Of a DNA stretch of 64,000 nucleotides, positions 57,826-64,000 are shown in pieces. This stretch comes from Lepidodermella squamata (Eukaryota > Animalia > Gastrotricha). A program made the position numbers and the translations under genes. The notes beneath the pieces are model-generated. The model worked only from the letters and a program-made list of their open reading frames with translations. It ran no database searches and was not told the origin of the DNA. Location: contig JBLDXI010000023.1 in NCBI GenBank assembly GCA_047495785.1, forward strand, positions 806,001 through 870,000, read 5' to 3'. Position 1 is the first letter of the stretch, and every line of letters starts with the position of its first letter.

Positions 57826-59043
57826 TCATGGCTCAACATTGATCTGATGAACAATTAGTCCACCAAGCGCGCCATTGAGGATCAGCAAGAACGCAATGGC
57901 ACACCAAAACGAGACAAAGTCAACGAATAAGTAGAACGGCATTTTCCAAACTTTCCGCTTTGCTCGCTCAGGAAAAATAGTTACGAACCAACACATGCCA
58001 GCGGAGTAGCACGTGATAGCCATTCCGAACGCAACTTGAGCCACGACTAGATAGGCGGCTAGAATAGGCTCAGGAGTCCGCGGCAGGTATGAATTTACAA
58101 TAGTTTGCATGATGAAAATCGACAGCATGACTGTGGCAGCGATTGAAGCTCGATCTGGATGCTCGGCCGGTACGAGAAACGCCATCATAAGGAGGACGCT
58201 CAGAATAACACTCGGCGCGAATAGATTGACGAGAAAATACTGGTAGCGACGGCGTAGGGTGACTATGAATTGCGCCTCGCTGTGAAGGGGCCAACCAAAG
58301 TCGGAGGCATTGACGAGATTAACCCTGCCATCGATTCGAAGAACATCCCAGTTCGAATTGACGGCCATCATCTCCTCGCGTCGGTACGGCAGGGCTTGGA
58401 CGAACTGTGCATATTCCGTACTTTGATGCAGTAAGAACCTCAAACTGCACTGCTGGACGTCGAATGGGAAGTATAAGAAGGTCATGTCACAGTAAGACTC
58501 GTAACGGCCTGTTGTGGCTACGATGAACATGCCATTGAAGACGTAGACAGCTGAGAATCGGAAAAAGTCCTGCTCGCTCAGCAATGGGCTCCTCTTACTG
58601 TTACGATGTATGACTTTCGGCTCCCAGTAAGTTCCAGCTGGTTCGTCGCCGAGCACTGGAATTTCCCTGGGCCAAATGCTGCGTTTTCGGAACAATTCAT
58701 AGGCGCATTTCACGACCCAAACGTTGCGTAACGAGCCTGTGACTGCGATTGATTGGTCAATGTCGTTGATTTCGAAGAAGCGGTCGAGTAAGAAGCCGGC
58801 TTGAATTGCGGTTGGGTAGCCTTCGAATTCGCTAGGTGAGTTGACGGTCGGAGACACAGGGCAGTGGCTCATCAGCGTTGCGGCTCGGTCGAACTCTACA
58901 AGGTAGTCGTACCTCTCATTAGGCATCTAAAATGCACATTTTTTCGATAATTCCAAATTGAATATGTTATTCCTTACCAGCAAGCTAACATTCTGCGGTG
59001 TAGCGAATGAGCTGAAGATCAACAGAACGATCGCGATCAGCAT
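57826..59043 (-). CDS. Divergent Cys-loop pLGIC subunit (subfamily E), 2 exons (59043-58978, 58926-57826), 388 aa
   Basis: Signal-peptide exon MLIAIVLLIFSSFATPQNVSLL, 51-bp phase-0 GT-AG intron, CDMTFLYFPFDVQQC, PAEHPDR. Confidence 0.92.
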
Positions 59044-59801
59044 ATTTTGCCTTTGAAAATGAGACAGTTAAATGTTCGTAATTCAGCCTGGCGAGGGTTT
59101 GCTTCTCCAAGCAAATTCGAGAAATTAAAGTTTAATGGCGCCAATGTTTTGAGGTGCATGGAACTATCGATTTTTGTTCATATAGCTGGTGTGCGAATAG
59201 CGATGCCACTCATTTAGCGTTGGACCTCCGTAAGCTTGAAATAATGTGATTTAGCGAAATTATTCGTTTGACATTTTGCATCAGAACTGAAAAGCATTTT
59301 ATTCACACGATCAATGATTTAGAATATAGAACGGCTCCTGGAAAAATTCTAATATCAGGAAACACGTTTGTCATCGTGTATAGAATAAGGGATAAGGGAT
59401 AAGAGATAAGGTACGGCGGTATGGGGGCATGTTCAAACAATGGTAAACGAATATTACAGTGCGCAAAGTACCTGAGGGGGGAATAGGGAGTACCGTACCC
59501 TTTGAAACCCCAGAAAAGCCACTGGGGACCCTTTGACCATGCATTTTTGGCCTGAAAATACCCCCTGTATGATTCAACTTCGCTCTCTGGGATTAAGCTC
59601 GTTTGAAAAGGGATTTTCCTGAAAAATCACATTTAATCTGTCAGTTTTTCTGATTAAGTTTAATAAAAATTATAGTTGAATAAATCCGAGGTTTTAAAGG
59701 CTCAACAGTTTACTTCTGAATTTTACGACTAAAACACTACCACTGAATTTACAGTGCTAGAGTAGCAGTTTTTACCAACAATACCAATTCAATTAGACAA
59801 T

Positions 59802-60941
59802 TCAAGCCATTTGAAGCGTAACCATAATAACGACATTGAAAGCTATGAAAAGAAATCCGAAGATTGAGGAGAAAATAAGATCGATAGCGATAACCCTTCG
59901 CATAGGCTTTCCACAAATTTTAACAATTCGCTCTGCGCACTCAGGATTCATTTTCACACAACCACAAGCAATAGCCGCATACATGGCCGCAATCGTCGAG
60001 AAAACAACAACGCCAGTCAGGTAGTAGCTGGTGATCACCGGTCGAGGTGACTGCGGGATTGTCGAGATGAATTGATTTTGAAGCATGAAAATCGATAGCA
60101 TGACTGAACAGCCAACTGCAGCTCGATCTGGCTCGGAAGCCGGGATTCCTAACGAGCTAGCTTGAAGAATGCTCAGAATGAAAGTAGGCGCGAAAAGGTT
60201 CAGCATGTAGTACTCTGGTTTACGCTTTACTCTTATGTGAAAATACGCCCGATAAAACTCGCTTGCATCCCCGTAATTCAAAACCTCGATCGAGGTGGAG
60301 TTTGACAGAAGTCGCCAGTTCGAATTAGCTGGCATAATAGCATCCCCGGTGAATATAAGAGAAGCTGCAGTTGTTGTGAGAAATCGATTAGACGCTCTAT
60401 TCGCGATGATCACCGAACAGTTTTGGGTATCAAACGGGAAGTCAAGGAAATCAAGATCGCAACTCATCGAAAATCGGCCAATATAGGCTATTATGAAGAT
60501 CCCATTATATGGTAGAATCGTAAGGACCTTCGCATACTCGTCCGAGCTGTCCATGTCCACATCTACGACTGAGTTGACGAAAAATACCGGGGGCACCCAG
60601 TAGGCAGCCGGGTCTTCCATAGCCAATTTGGTCAAATCACTCGGCCAGTCGTTAGAGGCGTTGTTCACGTAACTTGCAACGCATGGAACGTTCCACATAT
60701 TTTGAAGTGCTCCTGATAAGCTGAGGAATTCGTTTTTGTCGTCTACGCCCATGAAACGGTCGATTTGCATGACCATAGACACGGGAGTTGGGACGCCGTC
60801 GTATTCCTGCGGTGAATTAGCGGTCGGGGCTATGTTGCAGTTGTTTAAAAGGTAAGATGAAACGGGGTATGACGCCATGTGAGACCTGTTTCTCGCCTCT
60901 GCTGCCAAAGCAAGAATATTTAGAACGGCAATGACTTTCAT
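59802..60941 (-). CDS. Divergent Cys-loop pLGIC subunit, single exon, 379 aa
   Basis: ATG 60941 (MKVIAVLNILALAAEA), CDLDFLDFPFDTQNC, PASEPDR, 4 TM. Confidence 0.93.
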   Translation of the reverse strand: MKVIAVLNILALAAEARNRSHMASYPVSSYLLNNCNIAPTANSPQEYDGVPTPVSMVMQIDRFMGVDDKNEFLSLSGALQNMWNVPCVASYVNNASNDWPSDLTKLAMEDPAAYWVPPVFFVNSVVDVDMDSSDEYAKVLTILPYNGIFIIAYIGRFSMSCDLDFLDFPFDTQNCSVIIANRASNRFLTTTAASLIFTGDAIMPANSNWRLLSNSTSIEVLNYGDASEFYRAYFHIRVKRKPEYYMLNLFAPTFILSILQASSLGIPASEPDRAAVGCSVMLSIFMLQNQFISTIPQSPRPVITSYYLTGVVVFSTIAAMYAAIACGCVKMNPECAERIVKICGKPMRRVIAIDLIFSSIFGFLFIAFNVVIMVTLQMA

Positions 60942-62063
60942 GGTAAAATTCACGGGCTGAAGTGCATACAAATGAGAGCCTTTATTGAAGAGATTTTTTC
61001 AAAAAGTTATCTTGCTTATCGATTTTAATCACAAGATTTATCAGGAACAAATGAATGATGCGGTTCCGGTGAATAAGTATTGGATAACTCGAATATTGTT
61101 TTTTATGATTGAAGAATGCAGTGAGGAAAAGTTGCAAGGCAGCGAACGAGCTTTGGCTGACACTTCTTATTATAAACATTCCAAGTATTGATGCACTCAC
61201 GCGTGTAATTCCGTAAAACAAATGCCTGTTCTATGAAAGCCAAGGTCATTCAAGACATCAAGACAGGTTGTTCAACCGGTGCTGGTTAAGCTAGAGTAGC
61301 CAAATACCCCACTGCATTCTCTACTTGAACTGGATCTCACCCGGGAAAGTAGGACATTGAATCAAATGGAATCTTTTGATATAAAACTAGCTCATTTCGT
61401 AACAGGGCATATTTACGCTTTTTCGGGCAAACCGTTCGGAACAGAGAACGAAGTAGGATATCAGACTGGTGAGAAAAAGGAAAATTATCAAAAGGGCCCC
61501 AGCATTTGATCACTCATTGATTTAACCGTGTGGACTGTTTGACCTGGTAGGGATCATCCCTACCATCCCTAATGGCGGTACTTTGCTGTCTGGTTTGAGT
61601 GGAGTTGCGAAATTATATATGCCTAAAACAGACAAAAGTGTTGCCTTCGTAACTTTAACCATCACACTGTAGTTTTGTTGTTATAAAACTTTTTTAGGCT
61701 CTCTCTCTATCTCTCCCCACGAGCCACAAGCCTTCGTATAGCCATTTGTCCCTAAATAAATGTGCGGCATAAACAAACAGGTCAATCCCTAATGATTTGC
61801 TATTCCGCCTCTCGTTACAATTCCATTCATTTATTTCGCATTAGTCATTAATTGTCAATAAAAAATCAGCGTTAGCATATTCCCTCGTCGAGAAGAATCC
61901 AGGTGCGCTCCCTTGTTTGGGTCGCCGCGCGACAAAAATAGCAGCTCCATAGCAAACATATCGATTTAACACATCATGACAGACATCAGAAAAGCCAGGA
62001 CAAAAAAAAATAAAATCGCAATATTTTTCAAGAAAAGACAGACTCAGACTAATCAAAAGAATT

Positions 62064-63286
62064 TCAATGCTGAATCGAGAGTTGGTTAACAATTGCATTT
62101 CCAAGAACAAAGTTTAGGATGATTAAGAAAAGAAAAGCTGCAACAAACGTGCAAGCGTCGACAAAAAGAAACATTCGAGTTTTGATTATTTTAAACTCGA
62201 ATTTGCGACTCATTTTCTCGGGATAGACAGAGAGAAGCCAGCACATACCAGCAGCATAACAAGTTATACACATGCCAAACACAACTTGCGCGAGAACTAA
62301 GTTAGCCGCCAGAATAGGCTCAGGCGTTTTGGGTAAAAACGAATTAACAATAGTTTGCATTACAAAAATCGCTAACATGATAGTAGCAGCGATTCCCGGC
62401 CGATCTGGAGCTTCAGCCGGGATGAAAAACGTGGACATGAGTAGGATATTGAGAATGATACACGGGGCCAGTAGATTGACCATGTAGTATTGATGTTTCC
62501 GCCGTAGATTCACCGTAAATTGGGCCTGCGTGAAAACTGGCCAGCCGAATGAGGAGAAATTCACGCCAACCACCTCGCCAGTCACACTGATAACGTCCCA
62601 GTTCGAATTTTCCGCCATCATCTCATCGCGGCGATACGGGAGAGCCTCAGTTATCACAGCGTAGTCGGTTCGAATGAGTAGCAAAAACTTGAGATGGCAT
62701 TGTTGCACATCGAATGGGAAGTAGAAGAAGGTCATGTCGCAGAAAGATTCGAAACGGCCCGTTATCGCATTGACAAACATCCCCTGATAGACGTAGACCA
62801 CAGCGAAGATGAAAAAATCGTCCTCGCTCATCAATGGGTTGGTCGCGCTGTTTCTGTGGATCATGTTTGGAGCCCAATATGTTCCGGGCTTTTCGTCGCC
62901 AAGTACAGGAATTTCTCTAGGCCAAGCTGTGCGATTTTTGAAGAGATCTGCGACGCATTTGACAGTCCACAGGTTTCGTAGGGTGCCTTGAACTGCGAAG
63001 GTTTGATCGACGTCGTTGATTTCGAAGAATCGGTCGAGCAGGAAGCCGGACGTTACTTTCGTTGTGTAGCCAAGAAATTCACTGGGCGAGTTCATGCTCG
63101 GTGATACGGCACACGCCTTCAGCAAACTGCCAGATCGGTCAAAACTTTCTAGGTATTCACGTCGCTCGTCATCGATCTGAAATTCATTTAAATTTTAATG
63201 GAAGCAATGAAAGCAATAGCTCTGGGTTCTACCTCTGGCTTAACGACATGAAGGAACATGTAGATGAGAAAAAGTTTCACCTTCAT
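62064..63286 (-). CDS. Divergent Cys-loop pLGIC subunit (subfamily E), 2 exons (63286-63233, 63176-62064), 388 aa
   Basis: Signal-peptide exon MKVKLFLIYMFLHVVKPE, 56-bp phase-0 GT-AG intron in a similar position to that of the 59043 gene, CDMTFFYFPFDVQQC, PAEAPDR. Confidence 0.88.
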
Positions 63287-64000
63287 TTTCGGTATTTTGT
63301 TGCAATTAAATTAAACAAGCTTTTTGCTGGCGATGGAAAATGCTGGTACAGTTGGTTGGTTAATCCAGATAAATTATGCAGCTTAGATTTTATCGGAACT
63401 CGATGATTTCCCCATGGATGTCAGCACTAATTCGCCTATACAGGTGACAATGCATTGTTGTTCGCACGAGTTTCGTTATTGGTGTGAACGGATTGCGAAG
63501 ATCAATAAGTGTATTTCGCTTTGTTTTCTGGCTGAGCACGCGCTAAATCGATGGAAGAAAATTCTAAAAACGTTTGAAAAAACGTTAACCCTGAATTAGA
63601 TTGGACTGCTTACTGAGTCTTGAGGGCTTTTTTGGGAATCAAAGATTGGATTTATTAGGTATGTGGGGTAGGTCCTTTTATGTCCTTTTAAATGAGTTCA
63701 AAACCAAAAAAGAGGAGTTCACTCTTTCTAGATTAATAAATCTCTCATGAAAATAACCAAACTGCCGAGGGAGTGGAAACCATTAGGATTTTGAGAAACG
63801 TTGAACGGCATTATTTCTCAAGCGCCTCGTGCATTTTCGTGAATACTTTTTAGAGATGCAATTAGAATTCGAGGCTGGCATAAAAATCCATATGAAAAGA
63901 GACAGTCAGGATGCTTCCTAAAAAATAGATTGATAAGGTGCGTTGCCTTAGCAACGCAGCGCCATTTGACACGCTATGGAATTGAGCTTCTCGGATCAAT

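Noticed and set aside
4701-63286. Assigning nAChR/GABA-A gene symbols or a species
   Set aside because: Diagnostic ligand-binding residues are missing, and orthology or taxon cannot be established without a search.

Overview
Eukaryotic (metazoan, invertebrate-type) genomic DNA with short GT-AG introns (51-100 bp) and heavy transposon nesting. The species cannot be identified from the sequence. The window is dominated by a birth-and-death array of 18 loci of one divergent Cys-loop (pentameric ligand-gated ion channel, pLGIC) family: 12 look intact, 1 runs off the window edge and 5 are defective. The intact ones are 375-403 aa and have one or two exons. They lack the loop-C vicinal cysteines and the aromatic-box residues of nicotinic receptors, have almost no M3-M4 intracellular domain, share an extra family-specific Cys pair, and have a (P/A/S)DR selectivity motif before M2. 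Interleaved are an intronless orphan class A GPCR with 3 decayed copies, an intronless GABA-B-like class C GPCR, and a 5-exon nuclear receptor with TWO DNA-binding domains, reconstructed here by splicing (771 aa). By inference the locus looks like a lineage-specific sensory/chemoreceptor cluster, analogous to cephalopod chemotactile receptors. Mobile DNA includes an R2-superfamily RLE retrotransposon with an intact ORF, an APE-RT LINE with intact ORF2 nested in a CACTA/EnSpm-like element, a Penelope-like relic carrying a minimal hammerhead ribozyme, a Helitron helicase relic and many hAT/Tc1/piggyBac-type MITEs, several with visible TSDs.
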